DNA of 64,000 nucleotides from contig CAVYTU010000008.1 of NCBI GenBank assembly GCA_963771465.1, forward strand, positions 192,001 through 256,000. The letters are read 5' to 3'. The notes beneath the pieces were generated by a model that had not been told where the DNA came from, ran no database searches, and was given only the letters and a program-made list of their open reading frames with translations. Of the stretch, positions 46,727 to 56,353 are shown one piece after another. Both the position numbers and the translations under genes were made by a program. This DNA is from an uncultured delta proteobacterium (GTDB taxonomy: Bacteria > Desulfobacterota > Binatia > UBA9968). Position 1 is the first letter of the stretch. Each line of letters opens with the position of its first letter.

Positions 46727-48692
46727 GGCGACGGCCCTTTTGCCGATCCTGCGCCTGCGCGATTTCCGCCGCCGACATGCGGGAGACCTCCAAGTGAATC
46801 GCCGCAATCCTTTCGGCCTGCCCAGGTTTCGCTTCTTGAGCTAGGACAAATTGCGCGATGGCATCGACCGTGGGCGTTTCGAACAAGATCTTCAACGGAC
46901 TTTTGAGAGAAAAACTTTCATTCACGCGGGCGACAACACGTGAGGCGAGCAGCGAGTCGCCGCCGAGCTGGAAGAAATCATCGTGGATACCGACTTGGGT
47001 CACGCCCAAAACTTCCGCCCAGAGATTGGCCAGGAATTTTTCCAGGGAATTTTTTGCCGCCGCATACGAACCGTCGAGTTGATGCCGTGACCTTGCCGGC
47101 GCAGGCAGCGCTCTGCGGTCGACCTTGCCGCTCGCGGTCAGCGGCAGATGCTCGAGAATTACGAAGGCTGACGGCTGCATGTAATTGGGCAACGTCTGTT
47201 TCAGGGTCGCGCGCAATGCGCTAACCGTCAGCGCCCGGCTCTCTTGAGCGACGACGTAGGCGACCAATCGCCTGCCGTCGCCGTCGTCGTCTCGCGCGAG
47301 CACCGCCGCTTGCTTGATGCCTTCGACACCAAGCAAAGCCATCTCGACTTCCGAGACTTCCACTCGATGGCCCCTGATCTTGGCCTGAAAATCTTTTCGT
47401 CCCATGTGCACCAGGCAGCCGTCGGGACGCAGGTAGCCGAGATCTCCCGTGCGATAAATGCGCGCGTTGCCGCCAGCGGGATCGGCGCGAAACTTTTCCC
47501 GAGTGAGCTCCGGCTGGCGCCAATACCCGACAGCGAGATACGCGCTCTTGACGACGATCTCACCGGTGCCGTTCGCGCCTACGGCTTTGCCATCGTCATC
47601 CAGCAAGCGAACTTCAATGCCCTCGAGCGGGTAGCCCACGGGCACTCTGTCGTCGGCAGTCTCGGTTTGTTTATTGATGAAATAGTAGCTGATCGTCGGG
47701 GTTTCGCTCATGCCAAATCTGCTGGTGAACAGGCAGCGGTCGGAAAAATATTGCTTGTACAGCTCGACGTCCGATTTTGCGAGCGGTTCGCCGCCGATGT
47801 GAACCAGACGAATTTTCGGAAACGTTTCTCTCCCGGTGAGACTTTTCAGCGTGTGTCGGAAGACCGTGGCGACGCAACTGAAAATGGTGATTCCTTCGGC
47901 AATCAACCAATTTCCCAGAGTCGCGAGACCTTCTTCTTTGAGTTCCAGCGGCAGCAACGTCGCGCCGCTGAGCAACGCGAGAAAGGTATCTCGAGTCGCG
48001 CCGACGTTGTTGGAACGCAACAGGCTGATCCGATCGTCGATGGATACGTGTAAAGCGTTGATCCGGAGCATGGTGCTGAACAGTTCGCTTCGATGGTTCC
48101 ACGCCACGCCTTTTGGCTCGCCAGTCGAACCGGAAGTATAATTGATATAGGCGAGGTCGTCCGGGGAAACAGCCAGCCCTGGATTGGTATCCACGAGATC
48201 GCCGTCCAAACTATCGATGTTGAGAAGCTTCGCTGGATCACAGCCCCAGTCATGCGCTAACGCGAGATTGTCGTTATCCGTAAGGATGATCGATGCTTGG
48301 ATATGTTGCAGAATTTGACTTGCCCTGGCTGGCGGAAGCGTGTAATCCACCGGGGCACAAGCCTTACGAGCCTTCATCGCGCCCACAATCGCCGTGATCA
48401 TCGACGCGCCCTGCTTGAATAGCAGAGCTACGGGTTCGTTAGCGTTACCGCGGCGCGCAACAATCGCATGGGCTACTCGATTCGATGCCCGATTCAGCTC
48501 ATCGTAGGTAAGGCTTTGGCTTTGAGTCTTGACGGCGATCCGGCCGGGATATTTGCGCGCTTGGCGCTCGAAACGATCGCCGATCGATGCCTCGATATCC
48601 GCGTGGTTAAATTCGTCGAATGGATTGACGGGTTGGATATGGCGGTCGTCACTGGACTGTTGGGCGGACGGAACTTCACTCAAGGGCTCCAC
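46719..48692 (-). CDS. NRPS loading module: A-T
   Basis: YTSGSTGEPKG, YRTGDLG, KIRGHRVE, SGKVDR, FFQLGGDSL. Confidence 0.93.
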   Translation of the reverse strand: MEPLSEVPSAQQSSDDRHIQPVNPFDEFNHADIEASIGDRFERQARKYPGRIAVKTQSQSLTYDELNRASNRVAHAIVARRGNANEPVALLFKQGASMITAIVGAMKARKACAPVDYTLPPARASQILQHIQASIILTDNDNLALAHDWGCDPAKLLNIDSLDGDLVDTNPGLAVSPDDLAYINYTSGSTGEPKGVAWNHRSELFSTMLRINALHVSIDDRISLLRSNNVGATRDTFLALLSGATLLPLELKEEGLATLGNWLIAEGITIFSCVATVFRHTLKSLTGRETFPKIRLVHIGGEPLAKSDVELYKQYFSDRCLFTSRFGMSETPTISYYFINKQTETADDRVPVGYPLEGIEVRLLDDDGKAVGANGTGEIVVKSAYLAVGYWRQPELTREKFRADPAGGNARIYRTGDLGYLRPDGCLVHMGRKDFQAKIRGHRVEVSEVEMALLGVEGIKQAAVLARDDDGDGRRLVAYVVAQESRALTVSALRATLKQTLPNYMQPSAFVILEHLPLTASGKVDRRALPAPARSRHQLDGSYAAAKNSLEKFLANLWAEVLGVTQVGIHDDFFQLGGDSLLASRVVARVNESFSLKSPLKILFETPTVDAIAQFVLAQEAKPGQAERIAAIHLEVSRMSAAEIAQAQDRQKGRRHG

Positions 48693-48729
48693 TTTAGTAG
48701 CGTACCTTTCTGCATCTCCCGAACCATCG

Positions 48730-51700
48730 TTACATCGATAGGTTATTTAATTCCGTCGCCGCCCGAGTGAGACAATTCGTCATGTCCAGTGAACGATAAA
48801 GGTCGACGGCGGCCGAGACCTCGGCACGCGCCGGCGCCCCCGCTCCCAGCGTCGCGTGTACTTGACTTAGGCCAAAGTGACAGTGCGCCTGCAGCGGCCC
48901 CATGCCAAGCTCAACGCTCAGCGCAAAAGCTCGCTGGTAGCAGCGTCGAGCCTCGTCGGTTTTTTGCGCTGTGTGATGCAAGGCGATGTCACCGAGCAGC
49001 TTGAGCCCCCAGGCTTCATGACCTCGCTCTTTGTGCTGCCTCGACAGCTCGATGGCGCGTTCAGCGCGCTCCCGGGCCTCTTCCAGACGGCCGGACAACA
49101 GATATCCCTCAGCGAGCCAAGCGGTGCTGAGTGCTAAGAAGGCGGCCCGCCCCGCCGAAGCGAAATCCTCAACTCCCTGCTCTAAGTAAGGGATGGCTTC
49201 AGAGATGCGGCCGCAATTGGCGTAAGCCGAGCCCAATCGCGCGGCGACTAAGGGCAAATAAACCGGAATATTCGCGGCGTGGCAGATCTCTAGACCATGT
49301 TCAAGCACGGCAATAGCGCGCTCCAAGTCTCCTTTCATGAGATGAAGGACGCCCAAACTACACATCATATGGATCAGACTGACCGGGTGGTTGGTTTCTT
49401 CCGCGATGCGAATCCCGTCGTCGCCGTGGCAAACACCTTCGTTAAACTGACCGGTCATCGCCAGGGATTGGATGAGATGGCTGCGCAAGTTTACCGAGAG
49501 CACCACCGTAGTGCCGAACCGTTCATGTCTAAAGTTACCATCGACGAGTGTCATGCCGCGCTTTAGGATATCGATCGCCCGGCCATACTGGCCCGTCTGT
49601 TTATAGGCTACGCCCAGGTAATAGTACGCTACCGAACCCAGCGCGGCATCTTCGCCGATTCCCGCCAGAGCGAGGCTACGCTGGCCGATCTCGATGGCGC
49701 GTTCAGGATCGCCGACCAAGCCATAGTAGCCGTTGAGAAAGTTCAGCACCCGAGCGGTGCGCTGTTCATCGCCGAGCGCGTCGGCTAATTTTTCGGCAGC
49801 CAGCAGATGCTCGCCGACGCGCGGTAGATCGCCAAGGAGAAACAACACATTGCGGGCATCGAGGTGGAGATCGATCTCATCTCGCAATTTTTGCGCGCCG
49901 TCGGGCAAATGTTTGAGCGCGACAAAGCCGTTTTCGTAGTTTGCCATCGCTTCTAAAAACGCCGAATGGGTCATCGCTTTCGCCCCTGCTTGGCGCTGGT
50001 AGGTAAACGCTTGCTGCCAAATCTCACCATGAAAGGCGTGGCGCGCCAGGGCTTCGAGGGCATCTCCGCGGTCATCTCCCGCCAAGGCCTCCAACGTCGC
50101 CATGGTTTTGGCGTGGAGTGCGGTCCTGCGTTCATGGAGCAGCGCGCCATAAACGACTTCGTTGATGAGGGCGTGGGAAAACTTGAATTCCAACTCGGGA
50201 AATAGGCTGGTCTCGTAGAGAAATTCGGCCGCTTGCAGGTGGGCCAACGCCCGGCGAAATTCCGTTGCCGGCAAGTCGCTGACGCCGCGCAACAGCCGGT
50301 CAGAAACCGCTACACCGATCACCGCGGCGCTTTGCAACAGTTGTTTTTCATCGGCCGGTAAGCGATCGATGCGCTCGGCTAAAACCGTTTGCACGGTATT
50401 GGGAATGCGCACGTTATCGATAAACAGCGCGGGCCGATAGTTTCCCTTCGTCCCGGTCAGCACGCCGGCCTCGACCAGCGATCGCACGCTTTCTTCGACG
50501 AAGAAAGGATTGCCGTCGGTTCGCTTGATCAAGATCTCCTTGAGCGACGCCAGATCGGCGTGGCCGCCTAACAATGAATCGAGCAATTCATGAGTTCCTG
50601 TCGCCGCCAACGGATTTAAACGCAGACGGCTGTAATAGTCTTTGTTGGCCCAACTGTGGCTGTATCCCGGCCGATAGTTGACCAGCAGAAAAATGCGACC
50701 GCGCGGCAGACTTTCAACCAAAGTATCGAGAAAAACATGGGTCTCGCCGTCGATCCAGTGCAGATCTTCGAAAACCAAAAGCAGCGGCTGTCGCTGGCTC
50801 TCGCGCAAAAACAGCTCGGTCACTGCGGCGAAAGTCCGCCGTCGCTTCTCCTGCAATTCCAGACCATCGTAGCGCGCGATCGCCGCGCTAACCTCCGGCG
50901 GCAACGCCGCCAATAGACGCTGCCGCTCCGCCGGCTCAGTAGGCAAGACATCGAGTAGCGCGAGCACCGGCGGAATTGCATCGTGCAAAGACGGAGCGAG
51001 GCGCAAAACATGTTCCGCGATCATACTGGCATTTTGTGCGTCGCGCTCCGCGCTCGCCAGCGAGAAATAATTTCGTAGCAATTCGATTACCGGGAAATAG
51101 GGCGTCGCCTTACCATAGGATACCGATGGCGCTTCAAGAGCGCGCCATTGCGACGAAACGTACCTTTCGAGAAAATGTTGTAGCATGCGCGACTTGCCCA
51201 TGCCGGCTTCGCCAACGACAGCCAATATATGACTTTCGCCGGCCGCTGCGCGCTCGAGCAAGCGCTGGGCGAAATCCATTTCGCTCTGCCGGCCAACGAA
51301 CAGCGATAAGCCCCGCGCGGCCGCCGCTTGAAGCCGATTACGCGCCGCCGTGGCACAGACGACTTCGAACGCTTCGGTCGGACTGGTAAATCCCTTGACC
51401 TGCTGCGCGCCGAGAGATTTCACTTCGACAAATCCTTCCGCTTCGCGCAGCGTCTCCGCCGTAATCACGATCGCACCCGGCCCGGCCAGCGATTCCATGC
51501 GCGCCGCCAAATGCGTCGTCTGACCGAGAGCGGAGTAGTCGATGTTGAGATCGTTGGTGAGCGAGCGCACCACGACTTCGCCCGAGTTGATGCCGACGCC
51601 GATGCGTAGCGATGACGCCGTCGCCCCGGCCTTTTCCGCGGCGCGGCGGAGCTCCTCCTGCATCGCCAAAGCGGCATAGCAAGCGCGCACCGCGTGATCC

Positions 51701-52170
51701 TGGTGCGCCAAAGGCGCGCCGAATAGCGCCATGATGCCGTCGCCGAGTAATTGATTGACGGTGCCGTCGTAGCGGTGCACGGCTTCCATCATGACGCGCA
51801 ACACCGGGTCAAAATACTTGCGCACCTCTTCGGGGTCGAGTTTTTCAATGAAGCTCGTCGAGCCGCGGATATCGGCGAACAGCACGGTGACGCGCTTGCG
51901 CTCGCCTTCGATAAAGCGGCGCGACGCGAGCAGGCGATCGTTGACCTCATTGGTGGGCAACTCGGCAGCGACTGTAGCGGCTGGCGTTTGCGCGGACACA
52001 CTGGCAATGGCGCCGCCGCATTGTTTGCAGAACTTGGCGCCGCGCCGATTGGCTCCGCCGCATTGCGAACACGCGCTCTCAAACGGCCCGCCGCACTCGT
52101 CGCAGAACAGCGCGTCGGCGGCATTCACCGTCTGGCACTTCGGGCAGCTGATCGAGGTTGCATCCGTCAC
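48730..52170 (-). CDS. Double zinc ribbon + class III adenylate/guanylate cyclase + AAA ATPase + TPR protein
   Basis: Four CxxC pairs, VLFADIRGST, GDGIMALFG, LAARME, Walker A GEAGMGKS, FEDLHW, DGNPFF, helical TPR-like C-terminus. Confidence 0.92.
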   Translation of the reverse strand: MTDATSISCPKCQTVNAADALFCDECGGPFESACSQCGGANRRGAKFCKQCGGAIASVSAQTPAATVAAELPTNEVNDRLLASRRFIEGERKRVTVLFADIRGSTSFIEKLDPEEVRKYFDPVLRVMMEAVHRYDGTVNQLLGDGIMALFGAPLAHQDHAVRACYAALAMQEELRRAAEKAGATASSLRIGVGINSGEVVVRSLTNDLNIDYSALGQTTHLAARMESLAGPGAIVITAETLREAEGFVEVKSLGAQQVKGFTSPTEAFEVVCATAARNRLQAAAARGLSLFVGRQSEMDFAQRLLERAAAGESHILAVVGEAGMGKSRMLQHFLERYVSSQWRALEAPSVSYGKATPYFPVIELLRNYFSLASAERDAQNASMIAEHVLRLAPSLHDAIPPVLALLDVLPTEPAERQRLLAALPPEVSAAIARYDGLELQEKRRRTFAAVTELFLRESQRQPLLLVFEDLHWIDGETHVFLDTLVESLPRGRIFLLVNYRPGYSHSWANKDYYSRLRLNPLAATGTHELLDSLLGGHADLASLKEILIKRTDGNPFFVEESVRSLVEAGVLTGTKGNYRPALFIDNVRIPNTVQTVLAERIDRLPADEKQLLQSAAVIGVAVSDRLLRGVSDLPATEFRRALAHLQAAEFLYETSLFPELEFKFSHALINEVVYGALLHERRTALHAKTMATLEALAGDDRGDALEALARHAFHGEIWQQAFTYQRQAGAKAMTHSAFLEAMANYENGFVALKHLPDGAQKLRDEIDLHLDARNVLFLLGDLPRVGEHLLAAEKLADALGDEQRTARVLNFLNGYYGLVGDPERAIEIGQRSLALAGIGEDAALGSVAYYYLGVAYKQTGQYGRAIDILKRGMTLVDGNFRHERFGTTVVLSVNLRSHLIQSLAMTGQFNEGVCHGDDGIRIAEETNHPVSLIHMMCSLGVLHLMKGDLERAIAVLEHGLEICHAANIPVYLPLVAARLGSAYANCGRISEAIPYLEQGVEDFASAGRAAFLALSTAWLAEGYLLSGRLEEARERAERAIELSRQHKERGHEAWGLKLLGDIALHHTAQKTDEARRCYQRAFALSVELGMGPLQAHCHFGLSQVHATLGAGAPARAEVSAAVDLYRSLDMTNCLTRAATELNNLSM

Positions 52171-52373
52171 AATTGCGTATCTAGCGCAATTCTAATGGCG
52201 GCGCAAAGAGATTCGTTACTATCGGCGCGCCCCAAAAAGTCCCCCGTGAACCGGTCAGGTTCAGTGGCAATCGAACTGTATCGCATCGAACACCCAAAAT
52301 CCGTCTATAGACTCGACTCCGATTGTCTTTTTACTTTCGATCCCATAGCCTAGGCTGTAGAGGATCGGTGCTC

Positions 52374-53195
52374 ATGAGCCTTGCACGCCGTTTTTCTCAG
52401 ACTAAGCAGAATCTTCTTACTGCGCTGTTTTTTTTGGCGGCGCTATTTTCACCCGCTCGTTCCGCCGACGCCGCTTGCCGCGATCTGGATGTGGCGCGCA
52501 ACTTTACCTCGCTGGCTTACGCGGCGGATGTCGACGCGACGATTCAATATTTCGGCCACAACTTTTTTCTGATCACGACGGCCAAGGGCACACGTATCGT
52601 CGCCGACCCGTTGGGCCCCGGATGGTATCCCAACCCCAACGTCGCCGCCGACGTCGTCACCGTCGGTAAAGAAATGTTCAATCACAACGCCGTCCATATC
52701 GTGCGTGGCAACCCACTCATCCTGCGCGGCTTAAAAAATTACGGCGCCGATTGGAACAACGTCAGTACGACGGTCAAAGACACTTTGATCTACAACGTAC
52801 CGATTCATCAAAACGCCGATTTCGTTCAGGGCATCCACGGCTCTGCCTTCGTCTTCGATCTCGGGACATTGTGCATCGCTCACCTCGGCGACCTGAGCCA
52901 AAAATTGAACGAGCAACAGATAAAGTATTTCGGTAAGGTCGATATCGCGCTCACACCCATCGGCGGCGGCCGCACCATGGCGCCGGACTTAGCGAGAGAA
53001 GTCTTAACGCAATTGAAACCCAAGATCGCTATTCCAATGCACCACCGCGACAACCCGTACTTGATCAAACAGTTTACCGCCGGAATGAAGACGCAAATTG
53101 TCCGCTCCGACACGCTGGTCGTAAGTAAGAGTTCCCTCCCGCTACCCACCGAGATCCGAGTGCTGCAACCGCGCGGCGCGATGAGTTATGAGTAA
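52374..53195 (+). CDS. Exported metallo-beta-lactamase-fold protein (Lactamase_B_3-like) with degenerate metal motif
   Basis: IQYFGHNFFLI, IVADP, IAHLGDL, LTPIGG, PKIAIPMH; GKEMFNHN replaces HxHxDH. Confidence 0.8.
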   Translation: MSLARRFSQTKQNLLTALFFLAALFSPARSADAACRDLDVARNFTSLAYAADVDATIQYFGHNFFLITTAKGTRIVADPLGPGWYPNPNVAADVVTVGKEMFNHNAVHIVRGNPLILRGLKNYGADWNNVSTTVKDTLIYNVPIHQNADFVQGIHGSAFVFDLGTLCIAHLGDLSQKLNEQQIKYFGKVDIALTPIGGGRTMAPDLAREVLTQLKPKIAIPMHHRDNPYLIKQFTAGMKTQIVRSDTLVVSKSSLPLPTEIRVLQPRGAMSYE

Positions 53196-53265
53196 CAGCG
53201 CATTCAATAAGCAATAAGCTGTGACGGCGAGCCCCGGAGCCGCGAATAATACCGGGCCAGTGGGG

Positions 53266-54519
53266 TCAGGCCATGGGAAGGGAAAGCGTAAACGTCGAAC
53301 CTTTCTCCGGTTCACTTTCGAGATTGATGGTGCCGCCGAGCAGATTGGTGAAAACTTTTACGATATAGAGCCCGAGACCGATGCCACCGTAGTTGCGCGT
53401 GCTCGAGGGGTCCGCTTGTTGGAATTTTTCAAAGATCAGATCATGGGCGTCCTTGGCAATGCCGATGCCGGTGTCTTTGACTTCGATTTCGATGCGCTTG
53501 TGGGACGCGACCGCCCGGGCGGTGATCGAAACCACTCCCTTCTCGGTAAACTTCAAGGCGTTGTTGATCAGGTTTTGCAAGATGATGGTTAATTTCATGC
53601 GATCCGCGGTGACCGTCGGCAGCGCTTCAGGAATCTCCCACCGTAACGGCACGGATTTTTGCACCGGGACGAATTTGCGGCGAATTTCATCGAGATAGTC
53701 GGACAGCGCCAATTCCTCGCGCTCCAGCGCCAAATCGCCAGTTTCGATGCGGGTGATATCCAGGACCGCATTGACGATGCCCAGGAGATGTTCGGACTGA
53801 AGCAGAATTCGATTTAGCGCGTCTTCCTGGCCGGGCATCACCTCCCCCCAAGTCTGCTCCTTGATGGCCTGAGCGTAACCGGAGATCACGTTGAGCGGCG
53901 TGCGAAATTCATGGGAGACGATATTGAGAACTTCCTTGCGGCCGTGATTTCTTAATTCCTCCTCTTGCCTGCTCGCTCTTTCCGACCGAATAAATTGGGT
54001 AAAGTAGCCGTAGTACAAAGACACAATGAACAAAAACGGCAAACGCAAAAACATGCCGGGATCAAAACTTTCCGGCGAAGATAACAGCGAGACCGAATAG
54101 AATAGCGGCGCTGCCACCGTTACCATGGCCCGCATCTTGGCGTTTTCGATGATGCAGCTTCCGAGAATAACCACGAAGAAGCTCAGGTAGAAATCCATCT
54201 GCGAGTAGCCGTTAACCACCAGCGACAAAGTGAGAACGATCGTATCCGCGACCACCAGCGGATAATAAAATGACCAGGACGGAAACCGGTCTCCGGGCAG
54301 GATATACAAAGCGACGTTGGAAGCGATGTAAAACAGCACCGCGCTGTAGGATATCCACAGCGGAACGAGATTTGCCACCGGATACAAAAGGAGATAAGTA
54401 GAGAGGATGACCACCGGCCAGCGAATCAGAATAACGCTGGGTTTCAACGACAAGCCAATTCCCTGTGTCGCCGTGGTAGTGCTGAAAGGAAATAGATCGA
54501 TACGCTTACCGCTTGCCAT
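53266..54519 (-). CDS. Membrane-bound sensor histidine kinase
   Basis: Several TM helices, H-box SHEFRTPLN, NLINNALKFT, DTGIGI, GIGLGL, GSTF. Confidence 0.93.
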   Translation of the reverse strand: MASGKRIDLFPFSTTTATQGIGLSLKPSVILIRWPVVILSTYLLLYPVANLVPLWISYSAVLFYIASNVALYILPGDRFPSWSFYYPLVVADTIVLTLSLVVNGYSQMDFYLSFFVVILGSCIIENAKMRAMVTVAAPLFYSVSLLSSPESFDPGMFLRLPFLFIVSLYYGYFTQFIRSERASRQEEELRNHGRKEVLNIVSHEFRTPLNVISGYAQAIKEQTWGEVMPGQEDALNRILLQSEHLLGIVNAVLDITRIETGDLALEREELALSDYLDEIRRKFVPVQKSVPLRWEIPEALPTVTADRMKLTIILQNLINNALKFTEKGVVSITARAVASHKRIEIEVKDTGIGIAKDAHDLIFEKFQQADPSSTRNYGGIGLGLYIVKVFTNLLGGTINLESEPEKGSTFTLSLPMA

Positions 54520-54920
54520 GCTCAAGATCTCCCTGTCTTGCATCGGTCACGATCTCGGGGATTATAACTTGTCAAAGCTTTGACTGCTAAAAAATATCGC
54601 GAATAACGCGCAAGTGTGCGGCGCAGTCGTGTTCAGTTAAAGGAACTTGCTGGACGTTACCGACCTTCTGAAAGGAATCGAGATAATTTCACTCCGTTAC
54701 CGATGGCGCAGCAGGTTTGACCGCCGCGCGCTAGCCAAAGCGATGGTCGCGGCGTTAGACGACGCGTAAGTTTTTTAGCCGTTTTACGTATTTCTCTCCG
54801 ACGCGAGCAAGCGCCTACCGCTAGAGTCATCCTTGTGATCGGACGGTGGATTTGATCGATTTTTCTTGAATAAGCCGCCTAGCTCAGTTACGGTCGGCAT
54901 CACATCAAGGGCGTATAGAC

Positions 54921-55355
54921 ATGGAATGGTGGATCTGGCTTTTGTTCGGACTCTCGCTGCTGCTCGGCGAACTCCTGACGCCCGGCGGTTTTTACATTTT
55001 CTTTTTCGGCATCGGCGCCCTCGTCGTCGGCGTTCTTACCGGTTTGAACCTCGCCGGCCCGGCATGGTTTCAGTTCATACTCTTCTCCGTCGTATCGGTT
55101 CTCACTCTCTGGTTGTTTCGCGAGAAGCTTTTGCAACTGACCCGCGCTAGGACCACCGACGTAGTCGATAGCCTGATCGGCGAGACCGCCGTGATCCTCG
55201 ACGAAATCTCCGCCAATGGCATCGGCAAAGCGGAAGCGCGCGGGACCTCGTGGACCGCGCGCAACCTCGGCGATCAGGCGCTGGCGCGCGGCGTGCGCTG
55301 TAAAGTGGAGAAAGTGGAAGGCCTTACGCTATTCGTCCGCGCCGAGAAAATCTAG
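54921..55355 (+). CDS. NfeD family membrane protein
   Basis: Three hydrophobic segments, LIGETAV, GTSWTAR, VEGLTLFV; directly upstream of an SPFH gene. Confidence 0.9.
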   Translation: MEWWIWLLFGLSLLLGELLTPGGFYIFFFGIGALVVGVLTGLNLAGPAWFQFILFSVVSVLTLWLFREKLLQLTRARTTDVVDSLIGETAVILDEISANGIGKAEARGTSWTARNLGDQALARGVRCKVEKVEGLTLFVRAEKI

Positions 55356-55369
55356 AAATGGAGAGCGCC

Positions 55370-56311
55370 ATGGGTGGATTCATCGTCGTCATCGTTTTGG
55401 CGTTGGTCATCATCGTCATCGTCGCCAAGACCGCCGTCGTCGTGCCGCAGCAAAGTGCCTTCGTGGTCGAACGTCTCGGCAAATTCAGCGGCACGCTTGG
55501 CGCCGGCTTTCATATTCTCGTGCCCTTCTTCGATGTGATTCGCTACAAACATTCTTTGAAGGAACAGGCAATCGACATACCACCGCAGGTTTGTATCACC
55601 CGAGACAACGTTCAGGTGTCAGTGGACGGCGTGCTTTATCTGAAAGTTCTCAATCCCGAGCGCGCGTCCTACGGTATCGGCGATTATATTTTCGGCATTA
55701 CCCAGCTGGCGCAAACCACGCTGCGCAGCGAGCTTGGCAAGATCGAACTGGACCGCACCTTTGAGGAGCGCACCAATATCAATACCCAGGTGGTGACCGA
55801 GCTGGACAAAGCGTCGGAAGCCTGGGGCATCAAAGTGATGCGCTACGAGATCAAGAACATCACGCCGCCCCATGATGTGCTCGCCGCCATGGAGAAGCAG
55901 ATGCGCGCCGAACGGGAAAAGCGCGCGGTGATCCTAACCTCCGAAGGTCAAAGAGACGCTGCCATTAACAGCGCCGAAGGCGATAAACAGCAGGTGATCA
56001 AGGCCTCCGAGGCGAATAAACAGCAACAGATCAATGAAGCGGAGGGCGAAGCGTCGGCGATTCTAGCGATTGCTGAAGCGACCGCCGCCGGTATCAGAAA
56101 AGTCGCCGAAGCGATCGAGCAACCGGGCGGATTTGAAGCGGTCCAGCTGCGCGTCGCGGAAAACTATTTGACCCAGTTCGGCAAGCTCGCACAGGAAGGC
56201 AACACGCTGATCCTGCCGGCGACGTTAAGCGACGTCGGCTCGATGATCTCCCTGGCGATGAATGTCATCAAACAACAAGGCAATGCCTCCGGCGGCGCCG
56301 CCAAAGGGTAA
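55370..56311 (+). CDS. SPFH/stomatin-like (paraslipin/QmcA-like) protein
   Basis: VVERLGK, CITRDNV, QLAQTTLRS, AMEKQMRAEREKRA. Confidence 0.95.
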   Translation: MGGFIVVIVLALVIIVIVAKTAVVVPQQSAFVVERLGKFSGTLGAGFHILVPFFDVIRYKHSLKEQAIDIPPQVCITRDNVQVSVDGVLYLKVLNPERASYGIGDYIFGITQLAQTTLRSELGKIELDRTFEERTNINTQVVTELDKASEAWGIKVMRYEIKNITPPHDVLAAMEKQMRAEREKRAVILTSEGQRDAAINSAEGDKQQVIKASEANKQQQINEAEGEASAILAIAEATAAGIRKVAEAIEQPGGFEAVQLRVAENYLTQFGKLAQEGNTLILPATLSDVGSMISLAMNVIKQQGNASGGAAKG

Positions 56312-56353
56312 CACAAGGACGCCACGTCGCGCCTGGTAAACGGTTGCGTCGAA

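Noticed and set aside
54545-54920. Riboswitch or ncRNA in the long kinase-nfeD intergenic region
   Set aside because: I recognised no conserved RNA motif by eye; an Rfam/Infernal scan would be needed.
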